64,000 bases of DNA, taken from positions 656,825-720,824 of the forward strand of contig NW_003314300.1 of assembly GCF_000143415.4 (NCBI RefSeq), written 5' to 3'. The notes under the pieces are model-generated. The model did not search any database. It worked only from the letters and a program-made list of their open reading frames with translations, and was not told the DNA's origin. This DNA is from Selaginella moellendorffii. Taxonomy: Eukaryota; Plantae; Lycopodiophyta. Both the position numbers and the translations under genes were made by a program. Below are positions 51,091 to 64,000 of this stretch, piece after piece. The first letter of the stretch is position 1; every line of letters begins with the position of its first letter.

Positions 51091-51379
51091 CTGGCGGCAA
51101 CGATCACTGGACCGACCAAAGCGCCAAACCCAAAAGAAGAAGAAGAAGAACAAAAAAAATGGGGTTTTCTCTTTTTTTCCTCTCGTCCTTCTCTCTTCAC
51201 GGCCGCCTTATCTTCAACGGCGAGCTAGGGAATATTACGACGGGCGCCCGTCAAGATGCCGGCCGACGTGACGTCCCACCGTTGGAGTGATGTCCTCCAC
51301 GTGGCACTGCTCGTGGTGGGAATCGAACGCGAGACCTTTATAAGCTCGAGATTGAGTTAAATTTTTTTGACACGTCTAC

Positions 51380-52164
51380 CTAGTCGAGATTAACGTTCTT
51401 CACCCCGCACTGCTTGCTCACGAGCTGCTGTTGCCGCGGGCTCACAGCGATCTCGCAAGAAATCCCCACCTGGAAGAAGAAGCCAGTGAGAATCTCTCGA
51501 TCGATCGCGACCAATCGAGCGATCGAACGGTCAATCGAGCGAGAGAAGAAGAAGAAATCGTAAGACGAAATTAGCCCAAGAACCCTAAAAAACTGACCTC
51601 GATCCGGGGCGTCTGGATTCCCAGCACGACGATCCTCGCCGGGATCTTCCCGCGCAGATCCAGCTTCACAATCCCGCTGGCCGCGTCCTGGAGCAGATCC
51701 TCCGCCGTCGCCTGGAGCACATTGACCCTGTCCACGACGATCGACGCCCGGACGAGCCCGCTGCTGCGCGCCGGCTGATAGAACGCTGGAGCCACCGCCA
51801 ATCCCACGAAATTCCGCCTGTAGTAGATGTAGATCCGCGTCGCCGAGTACCTGATCCCGACCTTGTTGGGATTGTGCGCCGCCAGCGTGAGCTCCAGATC
51901 CATGGACAGCAGCACCGCCATGCCGCTAGTGGTGAGCGGCGCGGGCTGCTCGACGCGAAACGAGACAATGCGCGCGTCCTGGAGGGAGAAATCTGGCCGC
52001 CTGGGGCGCAGGACGAGGAAGAGGACGAGCGCGACGATCGCCGCTAGGACGACGACGAGGAGGAATCCAATGCAGCAGCATCGCCGGCAAGCCCTGGATC
52101 GATCGTAATCGTCGTAGTAGTCGTGATGGAGATGGAGCTTGCGCCGGCCACTAGCGCTTCTCAT
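51380..52164 (-). CDS. LEA_2 / NDR1-HIN1-like (NHL) membrane protein, 2 exons
   Basis: CCC followed by a TM helix, RPRRPDF, AHNPNKVGIRY, PAFYQP. Exon 2 VGISCEIAVSPRQQQLVSKQCG...TAG at 51380. Confidence 0.88.
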
Positions 52165-52601
52165 TCTCTCTCCCTCTCGCGCGCGCGTTTCCCTCGTCTA
52201 AAAAAGAGAGCTCTCCTCTCTTTTGCTAAAGAGATTTCTTGGAAGGAAAAAACTACCTATGGAATTTATAGACAAGGACGATCCAAAGGTTTTTTTTCAG
52301 TGGAAGCTTTCATTTTCCTTTCAATCACTGTTTCCTCTATGCTTTGCCGCTTCACATTCCTTGGATTCGATCAAAAGATATAAACTTTTTGCCCATGCGT
52401 GATTCTTATGCTACACCAATCCAATAAGTCCAAGATCAAACAACGTACATATTCTCTAACCTTTGATAATTCCCCGGACGTTTGGAGTTTCGATCTTCTT
52501 GAGGCAAAACGTTGAAGTGCTTGTAACTTTGACGAAGAATTCCTTGTAGCTCTTCCCGAAGACCTGTGGTGGTACCAGATTCGATTTTTTTTTTGTTTGG
52601 T

Positions 52602-53780
52602 CTACTCCGAGTCACTGTCTTCATACGTCGTCGTGCGGATCCTTGTCTGTCCGTAGTCGTCTTCCACCTTTTTCTCTGGAACTATCAAGATCCCTGTCAC
52701 GAAACTCGAGGTTAGCAAGCAATCGAAGCTTAGAGACAAGCTTTGCTTACCTTTCTTGATCAGGAGCTTCTCGAGCGTAGCTGTGGGAAAATCGTCCACG
52801 CCTCCCAGTTCTTCAAACCCGACAATTCTCTCGCTTGCAATGCCGTTCCTGCGAGAGGCAAACGAGTGAGCTTTCCAGACATCCGGGACCGAAAAGTCTG
52901 TTACCTGAACAAGATGACGCACGGCAGCGTCTTGATCTTGAGCTTTGAAACGAAGAATGGACATTTCTGTACGGGGATAAATGAATCAAGGAACTGAACG
53001 ACAGGAACGAAAAATCTCACCTCCGCATCCACCATAATGAATTTTGTCTCAAAGTGTTTAAGAGCTAGAGCTTTCAGGTGCTTGTTGATGATCCTGTGTA
53101 CAGCAGCATTACAGAGTTAAAGCTTCCACCGAGAAAAAAAAATCTCCTGCAACTTACTTGCAGCGGAAGAACTCGCGATGGTAGAAGTGACACACAACCT
53201 TGTTACTGCCAGTAACTTCTCCGAGAAAATCTTCTTCGGCTACCTGAAGAACACATCTCGAAAACCAAAAATCTCAAAACTAATGGAATGAATCTCTTGC
53301 TTTTACCTCTCTGTACTCTCCATGTCCCTGCCTTTGCAAAACTTGCCTCTTCTCAGCTTCCCTCTACAAAAACCAAAGAAAAAATTTCTCTCAGAAAAAC
53401 TCGAAAGAAACAAACAAGCAAACCTTGAGTGATGCAATCCTATCGGCATGAAGCCGCTCCAGCTCTGGATCCTGAAAACAATGAAGTAAACCACGGCAAA
53501 GAGCTCCATCAAAAACTCACATCCATGAGCTCGTCCAGATCTACTTCCGGCGCCGCCTCCTTCGTCGATTGCTTCTCTGCCGCCAGCATTTCCTGACCAT
53601 GAGCCCACAATCCTTGAGAACAAGGTTCCACAAAACCTCGCTCCCTTGGAAATATTTCCAGCCTACATTCTCTCTCTCATCGGCGGCGATGCCTACCTTC
53701 TTGTAATCCCGCGCCGCAGCTCCCATGGCGGATCCAAACGCCAGGTCGGAGAGCGTCGATCCAAACTTGCTGGGATCCAT
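52602..53780 (-). CDS. PLP3: Phosducin-like protein 3 / TXNDC9 homolog
   Basis: MDPSKFGSTLSDLAFG...DPELERLHADRI...GHGEYRE...VVCHFYHREFFRCKIINKHLK...FETKFIMVDAE...KLKIKTLPCV...VGFEELGGVDDF. Confidence 0.92.
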
Positions 53781-53869
53781 AGCTGCGAAGAACAGAACTT
53801 CTCCCCAACAAAACAAGAAGATTAGGGCTCACAGACCTAACGGGTGTGGGATATTCCTTTAGAAGAATT

Positions 53870-54342
53870 ATGGAGCAGCGGGCGCCATCGCTACTGGAGC
53901 TGAGCACCGAGTGCGCTGTGCGCAATATCCATCGATTGCCATCGCTCGGATCCATTCCAGATCACATCGTGCTTCACTTATTCCGCGTAAGTCATTCTCG
54001 ATCTAGGGATTTCCTCCTCCTTAGGATTCCTTCCATGGGATTTTCTCATTCTGGATTCACTCGTATTTTGATTGATGAGAACCATTGCTGTTATTTGAAT
54101 CTTTCTATTGTAGCGATTTTGAGCAATCGATTTTCATTGTTCTTTAGAGAACTCTAGAGTGTGGGAAGCTAACCGAGGGAGTGTTACAATTGTTCCTGGC
54201 CACGGGTCACAAACAAATCCAGGACTTTGTGGCACAACACATCCATCCAGTTCTAGAGCCCATTCTCCCAACAAGTAAAAAATTATAGCTCCTTTCTTCT
54301 GTGTTTCTTATTCCAAGCTTTCCAGGATGCTCAGATCGGTGA
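53870..54342 (+). CDS. Small (~86 aa) conserved plant protein with an N-terminal BC-box-like PSLxxL motif, 3 exons
   Basis: MEQRAPSLLELSTECAVRNIHRLPSLGSIPDHIVLHLFR/RTLECGKLTEGVLQLFLATG...PILPT/RCSDR* with in-frame GT-AG introns. Confidence 0.75.
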
Positions 54343-54399
54343 TAAGTATTTCATATAACTGATGGAACTATTTTCTTGGTTGTATAAACAGAGGTTTGT

Positions 54400-57300
54400 T
54401 TATTCATTTTTTCTAAGCTAGAGTGCTGAAGATCTGAATTTCTAGTTTTGTTGACGTGAACCAAAAAGATTCAAATCAAGAAGGTAATAATTATTTTTTT
54501 CAAATTTTTTGCATAGATATTTGTAAATTATATTATATTTTATTCTATATAAGTCTAAGTATATTTTTACCCCTAAATTAGTAATGCATAAATAGTTTTT
54601 TGAGTGTTCAGAATAGATATATTAATTAAGGTTTATAAAAATGAATGGATAATATTTAATCCCAAATGGATGGTCCATATATTATAAATTTACATTATCC
54701 TCTTTTTTGAAAGATGAAAAGGTGATGATAATAAATCACTAGGCAATTATAAATTACCACAAAAATTTAAAGTTCCCAAAAACTCACTAATAAAGTTGTT
54801 GGTAACCATGATTTAAATAAAGCTTAAAACCTTAGCATAAGTAAGTTGCATAAAACTCCCAAATGCTTAAACCAACCATGTAACCATAACTTTGAACTGA
54901 AGTAAAGGATTTTGAGAGCCACTACAATCTATAAAACATTATTATAGTAAACAATACATTCCATCTCTAAATCTGCCTGTTGATAATTTTTCAAGACCAC
55001 TATTAACTCAAATTTAGATAAAACAACTATAAAAAGTTAGCACCCTAATCCAACACTACACATGAGAGGTTAAATTCACTCCATTTATCTTTTATATTTT
55101 CTTTATTCTTTCCTTAAAGGAAAATAAGTTTTGAAGCACTGGCTCCATTTGAATTTATTGTACTCGTCCTCACTTTGCCATCTATGTTTGGCCTCACTAT
55201 GTTGGGGCTAAATGTTTCATTCAAACTCACTATGTTTATCCTCATTTTAAAATTTATGTCATTCATCTTCACTCCATTACCATATTCAATCATCCTTACT
55301 TTATCTTCGGGGCTAGACTCCCATCCATCCCCTTTACCCCTTTCAAAGAAAAAAAAGTTCAAAGTGTCAAGGTGAAAAAGGGAAAATGAGAAAAATTGAG
55401 GAAAAATTATTGTGGAAAAAGAAAAAACATTAGAAGAAGAACTTACAATAGTTAGCAATATAGAAATAAGGAAATAAAAAAAAAGATATGTGCTCAAAGC
55501 TTAGAAAATAAAAGACTTTCTATCATAAAATATTTCAACCATCACAATATAAGTAATACAACCTCCTCAAACTTTGCATTAACAACAATAAATCAAAAAC
55601 TCTTAATAGCACTAAAAAATGGGAACACAACCTAAAATTCTAGCTAAAGTGATTCAACCTTTAGAACATAAGAATACTTAAGGCTAGAATTAATTAAAGA
55701 CTCTATCAACAAAACAAAAGTAAGATTCTCAATTTCATGTATATACTCAATATCTAGATTAATATCATTTCTTTTTTTAGCATATCGATAATTTATGATT
55801 CTTATGATTCTTATTCTCAGTCTAGTGTTGAGTTAAGTGTTTTCTATCCTAAATATTGTAGATGAGGAAGGAACATTAAGAACATGAGAACATGAGTTAG
55901 ATTGAGAAATAAGAAAAGGTTAGGAAAGAGCAAAAGGTAAAGAGAAAGAATTATATAACAAATTAAAAAATTGATACTTACCCCATGAAATCTCCACTTC
56001 ATCTCTAAAGTTATTTTTATAATAATTAAGTTTATCATCACAATCTGGAATCCATTCAAGTTCATACACATTGTCTTTTCATAAACTCAATCCTCAAACA
56101 TTCTCCAAGAACTAAATTACATCATTCATAACTCAATACTCAATGTCATGATCATGTTCCACATTAATAAGAAATTGTAAAACACTGAGAACAAAACAAA
56201 CTATATAATCATGTCTCACAAAAGTTGGAGACAATAACACACTAAGGATGGGTGCAACACCAATATAATAACACCCTATAGTACTAAACATTTGATCCAA
56301 CGAAGTAACATTAAAAGCCTCAAGTAACATACTCCTTGATCAATAATGGCGTGGTATGGTAGAAGAATAGAATGCAATGAAAATCAAAAGAAAGAGTAGA
56401 TCTAAGCATAACAATAATTAAAGTTCTAGATCTTGCACAAAGCTAATATACATCTAAATTATCCTTTCAATTAATATGGTTTTCTAAATTTATTATTATA
56501 TGTGTATTAAGCGTGCTCATTCTTATTGACTTAAGCTGGACATCCTCATCCTTCCAAATAATTCTATTCCAAGCTAATAGTAGAATGAAAAAATAACTTT
56601 GAAATGAAAAAAACTGATTAATTACTCACTTGTATAAAAACTTTCTCATGATTGATAATATATCACTATGATGGTACTTGCCCTAGCACCAATTTACATT
56701 GTTGTCTAATATAAGAATAAAACAAAATTTTAAAATTAGTTATTATGGTAGATTTATGGCACTTAGTTTAAGAAAATTAAAACTAATTCAGAACTTGTTA
56801 GAAAATTATTTCAAGTAAATTTTATTGTGATTACAGTGAGATTATTATTTATATGTAGATTCAAAAGTAAAGAATTCAACTGTAATATGATCAATATGTT
56901 GATAGCAATCTATAAATGACCAATTATTCCATCCATAATCACCTTTTGTTTTATATTTTGCAGAACCTGGAAAAACTATTAACTTATAAGGCTCATCTTT
57001 TACATACAAATCTACAATTTCTTGTATATAAAAATCTACAATTTCTAAGATAGAATTTGGATCTTTCTGATCTTCAAACAATTAATGCTCTTCTATAGAT
57101 AAAAACATTTACATCTCTCCTATAATTATTATAGTATACAGTTAGAACATAAGTCATAAATTTTTCCCAATCATAAGTTGGAAAGACCATGCTTAAACTC
57201 CGATTTAAAAAAAGTAAAAACCAAAAAATAAAGAAATAAATTATAATATGATACATCTTTTGATAAAATTAGAACTAATAAGTAGCTTATAATAATAAAT

Positions 57301-58550
57301 CGTTTATATTACAAGTAAAACCACATTAAAATTTTAAAAGTATATATTAATATAGAAAAACAAACAAGAAAAGCAAAGGAAAGTATTAATTTTCAGAGCA
57401 AAGATTTTGTGGCAAAAGTTTGTCTTTTAGTATTTTTGAGTTTAAGGCTGGTATTATTTTTAATGGTTATCTTTAACATGCATACATTATTAAACTATGT
57501 ACTATCTATCTTCAATTATAAATATTGTAAGATTTGAATTTACTAATGTTCTAAGTTGTGTTCTTATTAGTTGTATCTTTTGTTTCAATTGTTTAGGAAT
57601 GTTTTATTATATCTGCCACAAGTATAGAGATAAAATTATTTTATTGAATTGTAAAACTTACCTTTTTATTAGTAGGCAAGGTTATAATTTGAACCAAAAT
57701 TTATTAATAGTTTAATATCTTTTATATATATATATATGATCCTGTATGATAATTCTAATATTATATATTAATTTCTGTCCACTTTTAACATTATTTTAAA
57801 TTGATTTTTTTAAATACTAAATTTTAAAATTTTAAAGATATTTATTCAGTAAAAATTAGAGGATATAAAGATAAATTTAAAACATTTTAGTTCGTTCAGA
57901 GCTACTAGTCTGAAGTGCCATTGCAACCAAGCAATTGAATTGGCTTAGAGCATAAAGGATATTGTCCATTTTATTCGTATCAAGAGTTCATTTTCTAAAG
58001 AAGAAAAGATGGAATGATTTATGTTTGTTTAAAATTTAAAATACAAAGTCATATAAACCCATTTTAATAGAGTTTCTAAAAATTAATTTGTCAAACCTGA
58101 AGCTAATCAATAACTTAATGATGAAAATTACTTAGGGTATAAGCTATACTAATTAAATGTGCCCGTATCACTTTTAAATTTAAATCCAGTCAAGTTAATG
58201 TTTATAGTATCATTATGAATGGTGATGGCAAAAATATAGCGTTTTAATTGAAAATTTACATATAGTTGTCATTTCTTTGTTTTTGTTTCTGTATATTTCA
58301 TAAAGTTATTAGCTTATGAGATGTATAGATCTATTTTGTTTAGACAGAAATTGTAAATTTAAACTTAATTTTACAAGAAAAGAAACCAAATAAAATAGAC
58401 ATCGTTCGAAAATACTTTAACTAATAATACTTTAGAATATCTTTATACTATAGAATATAATTTTTGAATACAATTAGGATTGTCACAGGTTATCAATGTC
58501 CAACGGGGTACAAGATTAATTTTGAAGTGAAGTGAAGCACTAACTTTGGG
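54400..58550. other. Very AT-rich, CpG-depleted island containing decayed gene fragments
   Basis: Abrupt compositional shift between the small gene and INO80, with only short broken ORFs. Confidence 0.6.
56845..57256 (-). pseudogene. Decayed small secreted-protein gene with a GDxGWxNW motif
   Basis: Hydrophobic N-terminus, then FMTYVL..NYRRDVNVFIY, a frameshift, and YKLIVFPGSAKYKTKGDYGWNNWSFIDCY. Internal 24-bp tandem duplication. Confidence 0.4.
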
Positions 58551-58696
58551 AAATGGCTATACACAACTTTCGATTATGTACGGAGCGGAGTGGAACCAGT
58601 TTTTCCCATGTGTATAATACAAAAAAAAACCACCACCTTCTCAAGAATCCTAGAGTCTTTCAAGGAAAAAAAGAGAGAGAGAGAAATGGAAAATGG

Positions 58697-61600
58697 TCAC
58701 CTTGTCGCCGATGTCGCTGCCACCTTCTTCTCTACATCCTGCGAGGCTTTCTTCGGTTTAGCCTTGCTTCTCGGCTTGGCCTCTTTCACAGCATCGCTGG
58801 TTGGAGTTTCCTTGGCTACTTTGGAAGGCTTTGGTGGCTTCATCTCATCACCAGCTTGCCTCTGCGATTATCACTCGTTATATAAACTTGGCAAGAGGGA
58901 CACAGAAAAAATGTAAACAAATCGACCTACCTTTTGTCCGGACTTCCTCCTGCTAGGCGTGGCTTTCTCCGGATGCTTTTCGGAGTCTCCAGCACTCGCC
59001 GGGAGGTCGTCTTGCAGGGACACCACCTCATCAGCGTCGATTTGCACGACCTTCCTACTCACTTCATTCTTTTTACCTCTCGGCTTATCCTGCATGAAAG
59101 CAGTGGACAAACAGATGTTACGCTCAAGAGCTTTTAGAGTGTAGATATCTCACCGTTTGCTCCAGAGACTTCTGATGCTTTAATCGCTGCTCAAGCTCGG
59201 CATCGTCCAACAGTAAAGATACCACTTCGTCGGCCTCGAACACGTCTTGAGATTGCCCTCCAGTCATCACAAGCTGCTGGACTGTGTTTTTCTGGTTTGC
59301 TCGCTTCACAATCTTCTCTTCGACTGTTCCTTTGCAGATTAGCCGGTAAACAGTCACCTGAAATGACAATGATTGTAAGTAAAACCAGAGTATACTAGAG
59401 GAAACAACCTCCTTGGTTTGGCCAAGCCGATGAGCTCTGTCCATGGCCTGCAAATCCATAGTCGGGTTCCAGTCGCTCTCGTAGAAAATGACGGTGTCGG
59501 CTGCTGTCAAATTTATGCCAAGACCTCCGGCTCTTGTGCTCAGTAGGAATACAAAAATGTCAGACCTGCCACCAAACCCATCGGTATCAGAAATAATTTA
59601 GCATGACCAAACCTGTGTTGGAAATCTTTAACCATGTCGCGTCGATCCATAATCGTAGATGATCCGTCCAGCCGGAGGTACTTATACTTCCGGTACTTCA
59701 TATAGTCCTGCAAAATAGTTCCACATGTAAACCAGGAAACTCGAAAATGATTCCAAACCTCCAAAATGTTTAGCATCTTTGTCATTTGTGCAAAAACAAG
59801 GACTCGATGTTCCTCAGCTCGTAGTCGCCTAAATAAGATGTCTAAAGCTTGTAGCTTCCCAGAGTCCTACATCAACAAACCGCAAAGTTACTACGTCTAG
59901 CTTCTTCAAAAGATTACTTACCATGAGGGTCCGGGCAAAATCAATCGTCTGCAGAGGTGGCGCAGAACCAAAAATTTGGAAAGAGCTTGTCAGCAAGCAG
60001 TTTTGACCATGCACCTCTTTATCTATCTCTTGAATGAGAGGGTGCGGATCGAGTGGCATGGAAGGGCCATTAAACTCGGACGTTCGGCCAAAACCGACCA
60101 GAAGCCGCTTTATATATGGGTTGTGGAGCTCTTCCGCTCTTTGATATGCAAATGAGCGATCCGAACACAACTCTTCAATCTGTAAGCAAATAAGTTACTT
60201 CAAGGACATGATAGCAGAGCCTTTACATACCTGAGGAGCAAGCACTGGTGGAATAAACGCTTTCACAGAGCGAAGAAGCTGTGTGTTGCCAGTTAATCGT
60301 TCCTCCAAGGGAACAGCTAAAGCTTCGAAAGGCTCCAGAGTAAGACCGACAGCTCTTTTCCGCCGTAAAAGGCCAGACTCACAAGGAGTGCGTACCAGAA
60401 GTAGCCTCTTGATGGCTGTTACTCTTGGATCTGAATCGTCGTCATCATCTGGCAGAGCCGTCCGCGATTGCAGTACCCCATACTGACATCGTTCCAAGAT
60501 AGTTGCGTTGCTCAAAAATGACACTTCAGAAGATGACGTGTTCATCAGCCTTGTAAAGCCAAATGAACCACTTGAAGACTGCCCAGAAGATACAGCTGAT
60601 TTGTGAACATTTTCCGCAGAAAAAACGTTCATCAAATTAAACAACCATTTTTCTTGGAAGCCTTGGGCAGAACTACGCAAACTCGTGATACCATCTCGAT
60701 AAATAAGCTTGGGTATCTGTAAGAAAACCAGCAATTCTTTGAATGAAGAAAATTCGTAACGTACCTTAAAAGCTATGGGATTGTGATTTCCAAAACAATA
60801 CAAATCCTCTAAATCCCCAAAGGCTGCCGGCAAGAGATGGTTAACACTTGCTGCAAAGTGAAAGTACGTGCGTCCTTCGTTTCGTTCAAAAAGCTCGGGA
60901 TGGTTGCAGACCTGGACATTAACGTAAGGCGGGCGAAATTCAGCTATACGTGTTACCTTGCGTAGTTGAATTACTATATTCATAAGATTTACGACCTTCT
61001 TCTCGTTCAGATGGCCTCCGTCAAAAAGATCAGCTATAGAGATTTTGTTCTTCACAGCTTGATATATAGCTTGCTGACGAGAGCTAAGTAGGCAAGGCAC
61101 AACAACTTCCTTCTTTTTTGTCAGCTCGGACACAACGTCCTTTTTCACACGCCTTAACATAAACGGTTTTAGAATCGCATGCTGGAATCAGAAGTATCTT
61201 AGCATAATATGGCGACGAAAAGAAGAGACTCACCAATCTATTTAGCTGATGTTCATTTAAAGTACCTCCATGCTCTGCATGGTTCTCTATCCTGAGTCAG
61301 TGGCCCGTTAGTATAGACTATAACGACATTTTGCAAGAATCTTACCCTTTGGAAAACCATTCATTAAACTGTTCGTGACTATCAAAAAGCGTTGGCATAA
61401 TAAAATGAAGTAGCGCCCACAATTCTGCCATGTTATTTTGAATTGGCGTTCCAGTTAATAGTAAACGATTTCTGCAACTAAAACTCAACAGAATTTTCCA
61501 CCGCAAACTGAGTAGAAAGAACGTCAGGCATGAATTGTAGAAAAAATAAAACGACAAATTGAAAACCTGCTGGCACTTTTGATCGCTTGCGCTTCGTCAA

Positions 61601-63991
61601 GAACTAAATACTGCCACTTCACACGTTTAAAATACTTCTCATCCGACACCAGCAGTTGATAACTCGTTATTAGAATGTGAAAGCTCGAATCCCTGCCAAA
61701 AGACCAGAAGTTACGCCTTGGACAGGAATTTTGGTAATCAGACCTTCGATATAGCCTCTTCGGGTTGATGTTCTTCCTCAACACTGTCCGCTCTTGCAAC
61801 CCACCCCAGTAAGGAAGGATCTTCAACTCCGGGCAGAAACGTTTGATTTCATCGGCCCAATTGTTGAGAACAGTTGACGGTGCAACAACTAGGAACGGAC
61901 CCCATATGTTCTTTTCCTCCGCTAGATGCGCTAAGAAAGCCATTGCTTGGATCGTCTTTCCCAATCCCATCTCATCCGCCAAAATTCCATTTAACCCCTG
62001 TAAGAAATGCAGGTAACAAGCTTTCGTCGCTACAATAAAACCGACAGCACCTGCTCGTAGCAGTTGACAAGCCACTGCAGGCCTTTTAGCTGGTATTCTT
62101 TCAAGTTTCCGTGAAAGAGTGACGGTTGATCGACGGATGATGTTGTAGGCATAGTAGATCTGGAAAAATAGAGCGTCAACCTATGACAAGTAGAATGCGC
62201 AATGAACTTACGGATGCAATAAATCGATGTTTTCGCCATGTCCTCGGGCTTCCTCCCCAGGTCCAACTTCCCGTAGCTTTGAGCATTCGTTGTCGAACAT
62301 ATTTGTCTTCTCTTTCTGTTCAAAAGCAGCTTTCTCGGCAGCTCTTAAAGCCTCTTCTCTCAGAGCCGCTTCCTCTGCTGCATCGACTGGACCTTTTGAT
62401 CCAGCCGGATCAGTTTCAAGCTCTAGAGACGCCTTCTGCCCCGTCAGCTTGTTCTGCATGAAATGGCTATAGAGTTCTGTTTGAGTGAGCAGAAAGTTAA
62501 GACGTTGCTGCTGTCTTCTAGCTTCTCGAAACTCCTCGTCTCGCTTTAGAGCTTCAGCAGCATCCTTCTCTTCTCTTCTTCTGACTTCAGCCTGAAATAA
62601 GAGTTCAAAGTTAGCCAAGGCACAACGAAAACAGGAAAAACACTCACTTGTTCCTTGTCCAGTTTCCTCCAGAAATTAATCATGTCACGCGCAAGCTTTC
62701 TGTTCCGAATTGGCGCATTTTTCATTGCCCTCATGATTTTCGTGTTTCGAAGCTTAACCTGAGAGAAAGTACGTAAGAACTAACGTCAAACCATCAGTAA
62801 GTTTACCTCCTTTTGACAGGCATCCGTCAAGCGTTTACACTCAGCCATTTGCTTCTTGTGATAAGTTGTGAAGGCCTTAAAATGCTTAGGCAAGTCCCTT
62901 TTCACAAGGCTGACCCAGAACTTCGCAACCTTCTCAACATCCTCGTGCGCAATCTCTGTGGCATTCTTCGTCGTCGCTGGCTTCCTTTGTATTCTTCGTT
63001 GAATGACCTCATAGCCATCGCCCCTGTCAAGAACTTTTATGTCGTTCACCGGTAATTGCTTTTCTGTCCCCTGCTTCGTGACTGGCATCTCATACCCATT
63101 GATCAACCCTGTGGCCTTCTCCGCATCAAGTACACGTAGAGGAAATTTCGTCCTTGATGTGCCAGTCTTGTGCTTTACCACCACCAAAGGAACCGGTTCC
63201 TTCCCCACTCGTCGATCAGAGGCGATGATGTCCGCGACGCTTTTGAACGTCACAGGTCCGCTAAGAACGGATTCCTCAACCTGGATAGACGCCATGGTCG
63301 GCAGCTCAATGCTTTGAGCCAGCTGCTCGTAGAATGGCGGAACCAAAAACTTCAACCCCTCTCCCAAGTCGAGAAGTCGTTCATCCTGTAAAACCGACGA
63401 ATCGGCTTGTGAAGATCCCGCGACTGCCACCACCCCCGCCGTGTCCAGACACCTTCCCACAGCATTTGATGTTAGCCGAGCTGCGATGGCTTCCTTCAAA
63501 CAAGTCCGCCTATACTTTTGCAGATGCTCTCCAAGCAGACCCCTGTAATGCTCCTCGGATATCTGGACGCAATTGTCATCGTTGCTATCGGCATCGTCGC
63601 GGCATAAAGTCGCACTGCCAGCCTCGGCTTCCACTTGGACTCTTTTTCTTTTCAGCGTCATCTCTGCTTGGGAGCTCAGTGGAATTTCAGCTCTTTCCTC
63701 TTCCAACCGAAGCCTGGAGTTTCCTTCTGTAGAGCACACCACGACTTCGTTAGTCGAAACAAAACCACCGAACCAATAACAGTACCATCTTCTTGCTCCT
63801 CCAAGCTCGCAAAGTCATCCAGCTCCTCGGGAATGTGAAAGTTTAGCAATGGCTACGAGCAGAAATTTTTCTTAGCAAAGGCCAGCCACAGCCGATCGAC
63901 AGAATCCAACTGAAAAACTCACCTCCAAATTAAATAAGTCATCGACGGAATAGCTACACCCTTTCAATTCCCACTCCTCCGTCCTGTACAT
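58697..63991 (-). CDS. INO80: INO80 chromatin-remodelling ATPase (SNF2 family), apparently complete
   Basis: ATG 63991 (..[15 protein letters not shown]), [99 protein letters not shown]. Stop 58697. Confidence 0.97.
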
Positions 63992-64000
63992 TGCGCGAAT

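Overview
Gene-dense, small-intron (mostly 50-80 nt) nuclear DNA of a land plant. A microbial-type terpene synthase-like (MTPSL) locus, the PPR style and the compactness suggest a lycophyte such as Selaginella (inference). About 22 genes: the 3' end of a LACTB2-like metallo-beta-lactamase, class III peroxidase, WBP2/GRAM-like, EngB GTPase, a coiled-coil protein, ABC1K3, an SCP/CTD phosphatase, two PPRs, two OPR/OYE ene-reductases, AtuA/DUF1446, two tandem F-box-less kelch-like proteins, LL-DAP aminotransferase, VIH/PPIP5K, an ankyrin (pseudo)gene, a frameshifted MTPSL, a Dicer-like gene, TOG/ARM, LEA_2/NHL, PLP3, a small BC-box-like protein and INO80. Three AT-rich or decayed islands separate them. 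Main hidden signals: (1) AtuA and OPR are only 52 bp apart and joined by a 50-nt GT-AG intron whose removal creates the AtuA stop 5 nt before the OPR ATG, a candidate dicistronic or overlapping terpene/enal-metabolism unit. (2) An inverted duplication of AtuA-OPR-propeller shows reciprocal gene loss on its two arms. (3) A 2.29-kb tandem duplication carries an ATC microhomology junction. (4) A +1 frameshift separates the Dicer dsRBD from RNase IIIb. (5) Several pseudogenes (MTPSL, GNA-type lectin, a GDxGWxNW secreted-protein relic). All homology calls are from motif recognition, not database searches.
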